A stretch of 63,104 nt of DNA, the filler included, from Octopus bimaculoides (taxonomy: Eukaryota), in assembly GCF_001194135.2 (NCBI RefSeq). It is 9 parts of 7 records of this genome, joined end to end, with 100 filler letters (N's around TTAATTAATTAA, not from the genome) between each part and the next. Parts side by side here need not be neighbours in the genome. Positions count along the whole stretch, not along the records: positions 8,794 to 19,347 come from NC_068982.1; positions 19,448 to 23,539 come from NC_069005.1; positions 23,640 to 33,445 come from NC_068986.1; 6 more parts are not named here. One strand, 5' to 3'. Below, in pieces: positions 12,660 to 23,981 of the stretch (positions are counted from its first letter, which is position 1; every line of letters begins with the position of its first letter). The translations under genes and the position numbers were made by a program. The notes beneath the pieces were generated by a model. That model was not told the DNA's origin, searched no databases, and was given only the letters and a program-made list of their open reading frames with translations.

Positions 12660-15291
12660 CATCATCATCATCATCAACATCATCATCATCGTTTAACGTC
12701 CACTTTCCATGCTAGCATGGGTTGGACGATTTGACTGAGGACTGGTGAAACTGGATGGCAACACCAGGCTCCAATCTAATTTGGCAGAGTTTCTACAGCT
12801 GGATGCCCTTCCTAACGCCAACCACTCAGAGAGTGTAGTGGGTGCTTTTACGTGTCACCCGCACGAAGGCCAGTCAGGCAGTACTGGCAACGGCCACGCT
12901 CAAAATAGTGTCTTTTATGTGCCACTCGCACAAGAGCCAGTCCAGGGGCACTGGCAACGATCTCGCTCGAAAATCCTACGAAGGCCAGTCAGGCGGTACT
13001 GGCAACGGCCANNNNNNNNNNNNNNNNNNNNNNNNNNNNNNNNNNNNNNNNNNNNNNNNNNNNNNNNNNNNNNNNNNNNNNNNNNNNNNNNNNNNNNNNN
13101 NNNNNNNNNNNNNNNNNNNNNNNNNNNNNNNNNNNNNNNNNNNNNNNNNNNNNNNNNNNNNNNNNNNNNNNNNNNNNNNNNNNNNNNNNNNNNNNNNNNN
13201 NNNNNNNNNNNNNNNNNNNNNNNNNNNNNNNNNNNNNNNNNNNNNNNNNNNNNNNNNNNNNNNNNNNNNNNNNNNNNNNNNNNNNNNNNNNNNNNNNNNN
13301 NNNNNNNNNNNNNNNNNNNNNNNNNNNNNNNNNNNNNNNNNNNNNNNNNNNNNNNNNNNNNNNNNNNNNNNNNNNNNNNNNNNNNNNNNNNNNNNNNNNN
13401 NNNNNNNNNNNNNNNNNNNNNNNNNNNNNNNNNNNNNNNNNNNNNNNNNNNNNNNNNNNNNNNNNNNNNNNNNNNNNNNNNNNNNNNNNNNNNNNNNNNN
13501 NNNNNNNNNNNNNNNNNNNNNNNNNNNNNNNNNNNNNNNNNNNNNNNNNNNNNNNNNNNNNNNNNNNNNNNNNNNNNNNNNNNNNNNNNNNNNNNNNNNN
13601 NNNNNNNNNNNNNNNNNNNNNNNNNNNNNNNNNNNNNNNNNNNNNNNNNNNNNNNNNNNNNNNNNNNNNNNNNNNNNNNNNNNNNNNNNNNNNNNNNNNN
13701 NNNNNNNNNNNNNNNNNNNNNNNNNNNNNNNNACCTGAAGGGGTTTGTGTTTTATCTACCTTCCTACTTATTAGGATTTTGGTTTTAGCTAGGTTGACTC
13801 TAAGGCCCTTCGATTCTAGTCCTTGCTTCCACACCTGAAACTTCTCCTCTAGTTCTGATAGTGACTCCGCAATTAGTGCAAGGTCATCAGCATAGAGGAG
13901 CTCCCAGGGGCAACCTGTCTTGAATTCCTCTGTGATCACCTGGAGGACTATGATAAATAGGAGGGGGCTGAGGACGGAACCTTGGTGGAATTCATTACTG
14001 TACTCATTTCCAACCCTCACCTTACTGTACATGGCTCGCACAGCTCTCACTAACCATTCTTCTATTCCAAGTTTCCTCATTGACCACCAGATAAGGGATC
14101 GGGGGGCCCTGTCAAAGGCTTTCTCCATGTCAACGAAAGCCAGGTCCAGAGGTTAATCCTTGGCTAGGTATTTCTCCTGCAGCTGTCTTACTAGAAATAT
14201 GCCATCAGTAGTGCTTTTTCCTGGCACGAACCCAAACTGCATCTCATCTAAATTGATTCGCTCCCTAATTAGTTGGGCTATGACCCTCTCCGTAACTTTC
14301 ATAACCTGATCTAACAGCTTGATGCCTCTGTAATTATTTGTATCTAAAGCGTCACCTTTACCTTTGTAGNNNNNNNNNNNNNNNNNNNNNNNNNNNNNNN
14401 NNNNNNNNNNNNNNNNNNNNNNNNNNNNNNNNNNNNNNNNNNNNNNNNNNNNNNNNNNNNNNNNNNNNNNNNNNNNNNNNNNNNNNNNNNNNNNNNNNNN
14501 NNNNNNNNNNNNNNNNNNNNNNNNNNNNNNNNNNNNNNNNNNNNNNNNNNNNNNNNNNNNNNNNNNNNNNNNNNNNNNNNNNNNNNNNNNNNNNNNNNNN
14601 NNNNNNNNNNNNNNNNNNNNNNNNNNNNNNNNNNNNNNNNNNNNNNNNNNNNNNNNNNNNNNNNNNNNNNNNNNNNNNNNNNNNNNNNNNNNNNNNNNNN
14701 NNNNNNNNNNNNNNNNNNNNNNNNNNNNNNNNNNNNNNNNNNNNNNNNNNNNNNNNNNNNNNNNNNNNNNNNNNNNNNNNNNNNNNNNNNNNNNNNNNNN
14801 NNNNNNNNNNNNNNNNNNNNNNNNNNNNNNNNNNNNNNNNNNNNNNNNNNNNNNNNNNNNNNNNNNNNNNNNNNNNNNNNNNNNNNNNNNNNNNNNNNNN
14901 NNNNNNNNNNNNNNNNNNNNNNNNNNNNNNNNNNNNNNNNNNNNNNNNNNNNNNNNNNNNNNNNNNNNNNNNNNNNNNNNNNNCAAATCTTTTCTTATCT
15001 GCTTCCCCTCTGGCTAAATAAACCTGTCGCCTAGCTTCCCTTCTGGCAGATTCGTACAATTCCCTGCTACCACCGTTCTTCCAGTCCTTCCAAGCCTGTT
15101 TCTTTTGTCTAATAGCCCTGTCTACCTCCTTGTTCCACCACCACGTTACTCTGGGTCGAGAGGGGACTTTACACCAGCCACAGATCTGGTCGGTGGCTCT
15201 CAACAGGTTGTCCCACAGAAATCTCCGATTGTCTTCCACGTTGTATGATGCTATATCCCCTTCTATTTCGTCAAATGCTTCAAGTAACTTA
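12660..15291 (-). mobile_element. 5'-truncated RTE-clade LINE (linker, RT, 3' UTR, (GAT)n tail), interrupted by two gaps
   Basis: TWWWNKEVDRAI; YKGKGDALDTNNYRGIKLL; QFGFVPGKSTTDGIF; VDMEKAFDR; HQGSVLSPLLF; LLYADDL; in-frame stop after YLAKD; 3' UTR shared with 18123-18580 and 19093-19347. Confidence 0.92.
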
Positions 15292-17692
15292 AATTAACGC
15301 TAGAAGTCATTTCAAGTAAATAAAAGTAAACAAAGTAGCAAGTTTACAAAATTGAACCCGGCAGCCTATAATCTAGTAACTCGTTTTTCCTTTCTTCGAT
15401 GATTAAGCTGGGTTATTAACACCCACCTTTCTCATCACATCCTTCCATCATTTTTCGTATTCACTCAGAGGCAGGGTCTTCTTCTCCAACCCTATGTTGC
15501 TCTTCAGATGGTATCTGAAGTAATATAGCAAACTGAGGCTGGAGATGAAGGTCCCTGTCACAAAACCTTCCATTCTAGTCCTCCATACACACTCTTTCAG
15601 TACTGCAACCGCACAGTAAAACAAGCCTTACCTTCCTTTGAGAGTCCAGTTGGCAGTATTATCTTTATTATAGATCCGGCTGACAGCTGTACTCATCTCA
15701 GATGTGACAGCATGTGTTCAACGTAACTTATTACGCTGGATAGCTCCCGACATTGTACAAAAGCTTGCTGAACGGTTTCATCGTCAAGCCCACATATTGG
15801 ACATGTTGGTGACACCAACATTCCGTGCCTGAATAACTTATCGCGAACAGGTAATGCACTCCTGTAGCACTGCCAGGTCAGGGATTTTGGGAAATTGTCC
15901 AAGTACCCCGGCCTGAATGTTTTTTTGAACAGGTCGGCAAGTTGGTTCTCATCGAACTCCAGAGCCCCTCCAAGGATGTCATTGTTATTTGCCTCTACCA
16001 GCCCTCTACAGAACACCGAGGTGATATTTCCACTGCCAGCCTTGCTCGTCTTGTGGACTAGCCAGAGTGCCTGACGGCACTCCTTCTGCCATAAAGTCAT
16101 GTTACGTCTTTTAATGAGACCAGGTCTAAATCTCTCCAAAGAGGCTGGTCGCGGTAAGAACTCCTCTGCCAGTGGACTCCACACCTTATCACCCTCCAGG
16201 TGGCACCAGAGATATCTCAGCCTCAACGCATGTCTGCGCATCATAAGCCAGGGCATTCCTAGACCACCCTTTAACGGATCCTGACAGCAGACGGAGCGTT
16301 TCACAAGTGGCTTTCCTCCCTTCCACAAAAAGCAGAAAAGGAGTCGTTCCAACTTGCTTAGCTACAAATCAGGGCAAGGCACAACTGACAGGCGATAGGT
16401 GATTACAGATGCTATAAACACCTGCACCACCTCCGCTCTGCCCTTCAAAGACAGATGCCTCCCAGACCACTTCTGGCTTATGGCCTCCACCTTGTTCACT
16501 ATCTCGCTCCAATTCTTCTCCGTCTGGGAGTCTGGGCCAAACCAAACTCCAAGCAACTTAACAGGACCATCCGTCCAGTGTCCAACGACACTGGACGATA
16601 TTGGCTTGTTCCTCCAGGTACCGAGGCACAAACCGATGGACTTGCCCTTGTTAACTTTTGGCCCTGCCACTACTTCGTATCCTCTGAGAGCATCTTCTAC
16701 ACAAGGTAGCTGTGCTTTGCTGGACACGATGAGGGTGACGTCATCCGCATAAGCAGAAACAAACTTACCGCATCCAATTTCATTTGGGTTGCCGCCTAAT
16801 CTCTCCAACTTCCGCAGCAATGGCTCTCCTTTGCCAGCTAATTTCCTAACCTGTCTAAGGTGTAGCAGAGAAGGTGAAGATTATCTTGGATCGACCTGCC
16901 TGGGATCGCACATGTCTGTGCCTTCCCAACAAGTTTCTCCACGACAACCTTTAACCTTTTTGCTAACACCTTGACCAGAATCTTTAACTCTACATTAAGT
17001 AGAGTTATGGGCCAATAATTACTGATACTATCTCCCTTGCTTGGATCTTTTTGAACCAGTGTCACAACTCCCCGACTCACACAACTGGGAATCCTCTCAT
17101 TCTGTTGCTAGTTTGCATAGACGCTAGCCAGTATATCTCCAAACAAGTCCGGCATACAACGATAAAACTCATAGGGCAGACCATCTAGCCCCGGCGACTT
17201 TTCCCTGGCGCACTTTACCAACACTTTTCTTACCTCCGCAGGAGTGATCGGTCCTTCACAGCATCCAGCCTCATGTGCCGAGAGTCGCGGTCCACCGGTT
17301 AGGAAGTCCTTTAAGGTCTCCCCCCGCTCAAGCGGATCACTCTCCCCGAACAACCAAGCGAAATGCTGGTGAAAGACTTTCTTTATCTCCTTCTGTCCAT
17401 AGAACTTGCGTCCCTGTTCGTCTGTTAAAGACTTAATAGAGGATTTTTTTTACCTCTCTGACTCTCCTAACGACGCGCCAATCCAGCAACATTAATACCT
17501 TCTCGTTTCCCTGCACGTAGCTTAGCTCTGAATCTGCAACCTTCATGCTTAGCATTGAGGTGACGGTGCAATACCAATCCCACTGCCAACACTCTAGATG
17601 CAGAGCCAGATCCCATTGCCTCGTCTCATTTCTTAACTAAATTGCCCTCTATTCTAGTCCTATCTAAACTTAGCTGTTTGCTAAATCTGTTT
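15292..17692 (-). mobile_element. 5'-truncated L1/Tx1-clade LINE ORF2 remnant with short 3' UTR
   Basis: KSPGLDGLPYEFY; SNYWPITLLNVELKILVKVLAKRL; AYADDVT; VKLLGVWFG; zf-RVT-like region and CPICGLDDETVQQAFVQC (decayed CCHC); many stops and frameshifts. Confidence 0.9.
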
Positions 17693-18052
17693 GCTAGTTT
17701 TTCACTCTGGAGTGTGGTAAAGGTTGTTTTCAGAACATTCTCAGTGTTTATTGCTCCTGAGCATCTGCCACATACAAAAACTATCTTGCTAGTTAGCCAT
17801 CCTTTGATATTGCTGCACCTCTTATGTGTCCATAGCTTACACCAAGTACATCTTATGGAGTTTCTACCTACACCTTTTCTACAGATCGAGCAGGGCCATC
17901 TACCTGAAGGGGTTTGTGTTTTGTCTACTTTCCTACTTATTAGGACTTTGGCTTTAGCTAGGTTGACTCAAAGGCCCTTCGATTCTAGTACTTGCTTCCA
18001 CACCTGAAACTTCTCCTCTAGTTCATATAGTGACTCAGCAATTAGGGCAAGG

Positions 18053-18056
<4 letters not shown>
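17693..18056 (-). pseudogene. RTE RT fragment carrying an embedded PHD-type (C4HC3) finger at 17761-17892
   Basis: DLALIAESLYELEEKFQVWKQVLESKGL*VNLAK...SGRWP-CSIC-x10-CTWC-x4-HKRC-x14-CGRC; nucleotide match to 13733-13890. Confidence 0.85.
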
Positions 18057-18102
<46 letters not shown>

Positions 18103-18122
18103 ATGTGTGTGTGTGTGTATAT

Positions 18123-19075
18123 ATCATCATCATCATTTAACGTACGCTTTCCATGCTAGCATGGGTTGAACGATTTGACTGAGGACTGGCAAGCCAGAAG
18201 GCTGCACCAGGCTCCAATCTAATCTGGCAGAGCTTCTACAGCTGGATGCCCTTCCTAACGCCAACCACTCTNNNNNNNNNNGATTTGACTGAGGACTGGC
18301 AAGCCAGAAGGCTGCACCAGGCTCCAATCTAATCTGGCAGAGCTTCTACAGCTGGATGCCCTTCCTAACGCCAACCACTCTGAGAATGTAGTGGGTGCTT
18401 TTACGTGCCACCAGCATGATGGCCAGTCACACAGTACTGGCAACGGCCACACTCAAAAAGGTGTTTCTTACGTGCCACCTGCACAGGAGCCAGTCCAGTG
18501 GCACTGGCGACGACCTCGCTCGAATGATTTTCTAACATGCTACCAGCACAAGTGCTAGAAGGCAACACTGGTAACGATTGCTCTCTCTCTCTCTCTCTTG
18601 CTCTCTATCTCTCTCTTGCTCTCTCTCTCTATCTCTCTCTTGCTCTCTCTCTCTCTCTCGGTCACTGGTCATTGCCTCGGTGAGGCCTAAAGTTCGAAGG
18701 TCATGCTTCACCACCTCATCCCAAGTCTTCCTGGGTCTACCTCTTCCACAGGTTAACCCCAACTGCTATGGTGTGGCACTTTTTCATACAGTTATCCTCA
18801 TCTATTCTTGCCACATGTCCATACCAGCGCAATTGTCTCTCTTTCACACCACAACTGATACTTCATAGGTCTAACTTTTCTGACATTACACATCCATCGA
18901 AGCCTACTGGCTTCATTTCTTGCAAGCTTAAGCATGTCCTCAGCAGTCACGGCCCATGTTTCACTGGCATGTAGCATGGCTGTTCGTACACATTTCACTG
19001 CCATGTAGCATGGCTGTTCGTATACATTTCACTGCCATGTAGCATAGCTGTTCGTATACAACATGGCTGTTCAAT
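18123..19075 (-). mobile_element. RTE LINE 3' portion (ORF C-terminus, internal (CT)n, 3' UTR, (GAT)n tail)
   Basis: CVRTAMLHASETWAVTAEDMLKLARNEAS.LRWMCNV and GRGRPRKTWDEVVKHDLRTLGL; UTR matches 12690-13011. Confidence 0.88.
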
Positions 19076-19092
19076 ATATATATATATATATA

Positions 19093-19347
19093 TCATCATC
19101 ATCATCATCATCATCGTTTAACGTCTGCCTTCCATGCTAGCATGGGTTGGACGATTTGACTGAGGACTGGTGAAACCGGATGGCAACACCAGGCTCCAAT
19201 CTAATTTGGCAGAGTTTCTACAGCTGGATGCCCTTCCTAACGCCAACCACTCAGAGAGTGTAGTGGGTGCTTTTACGTGTCATCCGCACGAAGGCCAGTC
19301 AGGCAGTACTGGCAACGGCCACACTCGAAATGGTGTCTTTTATGTGC
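19093..19347 (-). mobile_element. RTE LINE 3' UTR copy, cut off by a gap
   Basis: Near-identical to 12690-12920. Confidence 0.88.
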
Positions 19348-19447
19348 NNNNNNNNNNNNNNNNNNNNNNNNNNNNNNNNNNNNNNNNNNNNTTAATTAAT
19401 TAANNNNNNNNNNNNNNNNNNNNNNNNNNNNNNNNNNNNNNNNNNNN

Positions 19448-19511
<64 letters not shown>

Positions 19512-20183
19512 GAGAGAGATAGTGTGTATGTTTGTATGTGTACGAATTTCTAACCACTTATCAAGCTTTCAGTGATCAGTAGGCCGTAAATTGATTTAGT
19601 GTCGTTAACAAAGGACCCAATTTATGTTAAAATGGCTGATGAACCGAACAGCGGAGATCTCTGCGTGGCGTAGAACAAGCTGAAAATGTTAAGCTAAGAT
19701 GTCCACTATGAATGACATTTCAGATAAAAACATTTACAGAAACAACAATGCAGACTTCAACAGCAGCAGCAACAATAAGAACCACATCAATAACGACAAC
19801 AACCACAAAGGCTATAACAAACACTGCTATAACGACATCAAATCCAAAGATAATTGCCATGAAACATCAACAGCCATAACAGCAAAAAAAAACAAAAAAA
19901 AACAACGCCATCACCACCACGACCACAGAAAAAAGCAATGATGGTGACATCGACGACCACAATAACAACAACTACAAAATCAATAATAATAATAATTATT
20001 ATTATTATTATTATTAAATTCAAATTACGACAAACGTAAACAAACAAACGAAGTTTGCTTTTAGAGGCGTTGAGATGTCGTAGAAAGTTAAAGAAGTGAT
20101 TTTAAATTCTCAATCGCATGATAATGCTAATAATATAGCCTGAACAGGATAAACTACCCCTATTTTGCAGAAAAAAGTGTAGG

Positions 20184-20258
20184 TGGTTAGCTGTGGACTC
20201 GAACTCACATTTCCGTGATTACGCGTCATGATGCTCGACCGATTGAGATAAACTCACC
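20184..20258 (-). pseudogene. tRNA-Thr(CGT)-like pseudogene or tRNA-derived sequence
   Basis: Cloverleaf remnants: D arm TCTC-AATCGGTC-GAGC, anticodon arm CATGA-CGCGTAA-TCACG, T arm GTGAG-TTCGAGT-CCAC; several stem mismatches; T6 run 8 nt downstream. Confidence 0.6.
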
Positions 20259-20348
20259 CCCTAAAAATTCCTCTGCAAATTTAAGATGTATAGAAATCTC
20301 GCTTTATGAAACGCTATCATATGTTAAATTCAAATTACGACAAACGTA

Positions 20349-20398
<50 letters not shown>

Positions 20399-20399
<1 letters not shown>

Positions 20400-20911
20400 G
20401 AGTGAGAGAGCAGTGCATGCCATCAAAGTGACACTGGGGTAAAATATACGAAGCCCATTATACCCATCATGACTACGCGTCTGATAAGGTTACCCCAGGC
20501 ACATGCATCACAACCACATGTGTGCGACATGGTGATCTCATATCAAGATAAACAGTGCATAACCTCGCAGGTGGGGCCCAGTTAGAATTTTTTCAGGTCG
20601 AGTAGCCCATCCCGCTCAAAAGGTCCCTGAATAAGGTTTGTTTAAGGATGTTGAGCAAAACACCCACGTTTCCAAAGGTGAATTATTCAAAGCCCAAAGA
20701 ATTCCCCTCAACACATGGCTATGATGCTCCCCCACTACTTCTGCTCATGATCAGAGACGCACATATCGTCAGCCACCAAGGGACATACTCAATTGGTTAA
20801 GGTCAAACACCTGACAAACAAATCTGTTGTATTGAGCAGAATATTTGCTGTAGCCCATCTTTTTATACTAAGACAAAACAATGTATTGAGCAGAATATTT
20901 GATGTAGCCCA
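20399..20911 (-). mobile_element. Unclassified (TAA)n-tailed retroelement 3' segment
   Basis: Non-microsatellite segment bounded by (TTA)n at 20348-20398 and 20912-20926; internal ~30-bp direct duplication; no coding homology recognised. Confidence 0.5.
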
Positions 20912-20926
20912 TATTATTATTATTAT

Positions 20927-21157
20927 TTTATGTTTGACTTTTGCTTTGCATTTGTAGAAGTTGGATCCAAGTCTCACCCAGAGACCTCAAGAGACAACAA
21001 GTTAGAAGTTCATGTAGGTGTTATGCCTAGGGTACCATATATTTGGATTGTGTTTGTTTTAAAATTTGAGATCACATAGACAGTATTTTACGTAGGATAT
21101 GGGCAGTTCCCATGAGCACTATCTTTTGAACTTCAGCCATTTTGGAGTTTCCTGGTA

Positions 21158-21158
<1 letters not shown>
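20927..21158 (-). mobile_element. R4/Dong-like LINE extreme 3' end
   Basis: IPGNSKMAEVQKIVLMGTAHILRKILSM* is homologous to IPGEPCLREIQKIVLTVNAHILRKTLST* at ~27700-27780; flanked by (TTA)n on both sides. Confidence 0.75.
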
Positions 21159-21218
<60 letters not shown>

Positions 21219-21219
<1 letters not shown>

Positions 21220-21432
21220 CTTTCTACTAATGGCACAATGGCACAAGGCTAACAATTTCTGGCGAGGGGTAAAGTCGATTACATCGATCCCTATACGCAA
21301 TTAGTACTTATTTCATCAACTCCGAAAAAAAATAAGGCAAAGTCACCCACGGTGTATTTTGAAATTAGAACGTAAAGACGGATGAAATGCCGCTAAGCAT
21401 TTTGTCCGGCATGCTAGCGATATCTACCAGCT
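21219..21432 (-). mobile_element. SINE family B
   Basis: Reverse complement of the 4544-4752 type. Confidence 0.75.
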
Positions 21433-21534
21433 CGAATAATAATGATGGACTCTCAGCCCATCAATTTGAAGAAACCATTTGTTTACAATGATCAAACGTT
21501 TATGCTGCATATTAGCTCACTCTCGCCATGAAAT

Positions 21535-21695
21535 TGACGCTGCCTGAACAGGTGCCCGGTGTATCACGCGCCAAGCTCCGAAGTGATCGCAGAGCGACAA
21601 GAGACTGAGTGTTTTGCTCAAGAACACAATTCGCCACCCGGTCTAGGAATCGAAGTCACGATCTCTCAATCGTCAGAGCAATGCCCTAACCACTA
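21535..21695 (-). mobile_element. SINE family D 5' part, decayed
   Basis: GTGTTTTGCTCAAGAACACAAT.CGCCACCCGGTCTAGGAATCGAA..ACGATC...CCCTAACCACT aligns to 61665-61755. Confidence 0.65.
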
Positions 21696-21737
21696 TTATT
21701 AGCAAACAAGACCGAGCGCTCTGAGAGGTAAAACAAT

Positions 21738-21772
<35 letters not shown>

Positions 21773-21867
21773 AATTAAGTGAAATGTTAAGCAGTCATAA
21801 GAATAACATCAACACCATCATCGCGAAGAAGAAGAAGAAGAAGAAGAAGAAGAAGAAGAAGGAGGAG

Positions 21868-21901
<34 letters not shown>

Positions 21902-22574
21902 GGAACGACGACAGCAACAAGAAGAGCAACAGCAGTAGTAGCAAAAAAACACCTTTAACGACATCGAATCCAGAAATAATTGCTATCAGACGTCAAGAGT
22001 CATAACATCAAAAGACAACGCCATCACCACAAAAAAACCCACCACCACCACCACAACAACAACAACGACGATGACTACGACGACGATGATGACGACAACA
22101 ATAATAACAACAATCACAAATATCGTCTTATCTAATGAAAATTGCCAAGAGACATCATAACGGTAGAGAAAAACAACAGTATAACCATTAACGAGAACAC
22201 TACGGGCGATTATAACAACGACGACGTCTATAACAACAATAATAACGATTTCTTTTATTGGCCACAAGGGCCCAAGACATGGAGGATTATATCGAAGAAC
22301 GGATTACAGCATAAAAAAAAAACAAAAAAACATACAAAAACAAAAACAGGTGGGGTTTACAGCGATCAAAGGGATTTACTATCACATTAAAGGATGTTGC
22401 AGAGGATATATATTAGAGATTAAAGCAGCAAATGAAATGATAAAGTCCATGCGACAGCAATAGTCATAACAGAAAAACTACAGCACCATCGCCACCACCA
22501 GTCCCAACAGCAACGAATACTGGAGCAACGGCTACCATAGTAACAGAGGCAGCATCTACGACAACAACAACAAT

Positions 22575-23395
22575 AATCTTTTCTACTATCGGCACAAGGC
22601 CTGAAATTTGGGGGATGAAGATGATATCGAACGCCAGTGCGTAACTGGTACTTTGTTTATCGACCCCCGAAAGGATGAAAGGCAAAGTCGACCTCGATAG
22701 AATTTGAACTCCGAAATACGAAACAATGGTTTCGTATTTTGGCACGTCGCCAGCAATTTCGAGGGAGAACAGGTAAGCCGATTGCATCGACCCTAGTATT
22801 CAACTGGTACTTAATCTATCGACCCCGAAAGGATGAAAGGGAAAGTCGACCTCGACAGAATTTGAACTCAGAAACTAGAGACGGGCAAAATACGGCTAAG
22901 TATTTCGTCCAGCGTGCTAACGATTCTGCCAGCTCACCGCCTTACCAACAACAACAATAATAATAATAGTTTCGTATTTTGGCACGTCGGTAGCAATTTC
23001 GAGGGAGAACAGGTAAGCTGATTGCATCGACCCTAGTACTCAACTAGGACTTATTTTATCGATCCTGGGATGATGAAAAGCAAAGTCAATCACGACGGAA
23101 TTTGACTTGGGAGCGTAAACACGGATGAAATGCCGCTAAGCATTTTTCCCGGCATGTTAACGATTCTGACCGCCTTTTTAATGATAATAAAAGTCATTTC
23201 TACTATAGGTACAAGGCATGGAATTGGGGAGAGGGAGATAGTCGATCAGTGTAGTCGACCCCAGTACTTGAATGATACTTAATTTATCGACCCCAGCACT
23301 TAATTTATAGACCCCGAAAGGATGAAAAGCAAAGTCCACCTCCACGGAATTTGAACGCAAAATGTTAAAGATGAAAGAAATGCCGAAATAAAGAT
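22575..23395 (-). mobile_element. Four head-to-tail SINE B copies
   Basis: Repeated ATCGACCCCGAAAGGATGAAAGGCAAAGTCGACCTCG..GAATTTGAACTC cores near 22660, 22820, 23060 and 23310. Confidence 0.85.
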
Positions 23396-23639
23396 GAAAC
23401 AGAATCTGGTAATTTAGAGTTTCTTTGGGTCACAAGCAAAAACAAAACAAGAAAATGTTTTGCGGTGTTTATTCCGGTTTTCTCGTTCTGAGTTCAACTC
23501 CAGCAGAGACCAGCAAAGCCTTTGAGCCATCCTTTCATCNNNNNNNNNNNNNNNNNNNNNNNNNNNNNNNNNNNNNNNNNNNNTTAATTAATTAANNNNN
23601 NNNNNNNNNNNNNNNNNNNNNNNNNNNNNNNNNNNNNNN

Positions 23640-23981
23640 GATCCGATCAACGGAACAGCCTGCTCGTGAAATTAACGTGCAAGTGGCTGAGCACTCCACA
23701 GACACGTGTACCCTTAACGTAGTTCTCGGAGATATTCAACGTGACACAGTATGACAAGGCTGACCCTTTGAATTATAGGTACAACAGAAACAGGAAGTAA
23801 GAGTGAGAGAAAGTTGTGGTGAAAGAGTACAGCAGGGTTCACCACCATCCCCTGCCGGAGCCTCGTGGAACTTTAGGCGTTTTCGTTCAATAAACACTCA
23901 CAACGCCCAGTCTGGGAATCGAAACCGCGATCCTATGACCGCGAGTCCGCTGCTCTAGCCACTGGGCCATTGCGCCTCCAC
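23640..23981 (-). mobile_element. SINE family C, 3' end lost in a gap
   Basis: tRNA-like head GTGGAGGCGCAATGGCCCAGTGG..GGTTTCGATTCCC; matches 34909-35284 and 56205-56595. Confidence 0.9.

Noticed and set aside
12745-13011. ORFs MKLDGNTRLQSNLAEF.. (also 19170)
   Set aside because: Antisense reading of the non-coding RTE 3' UTR
18172-18381. Exact 100-bp direct duplication
   Set aside because: The copies flank a 10-N gap; typical overlap artefact of gap handling
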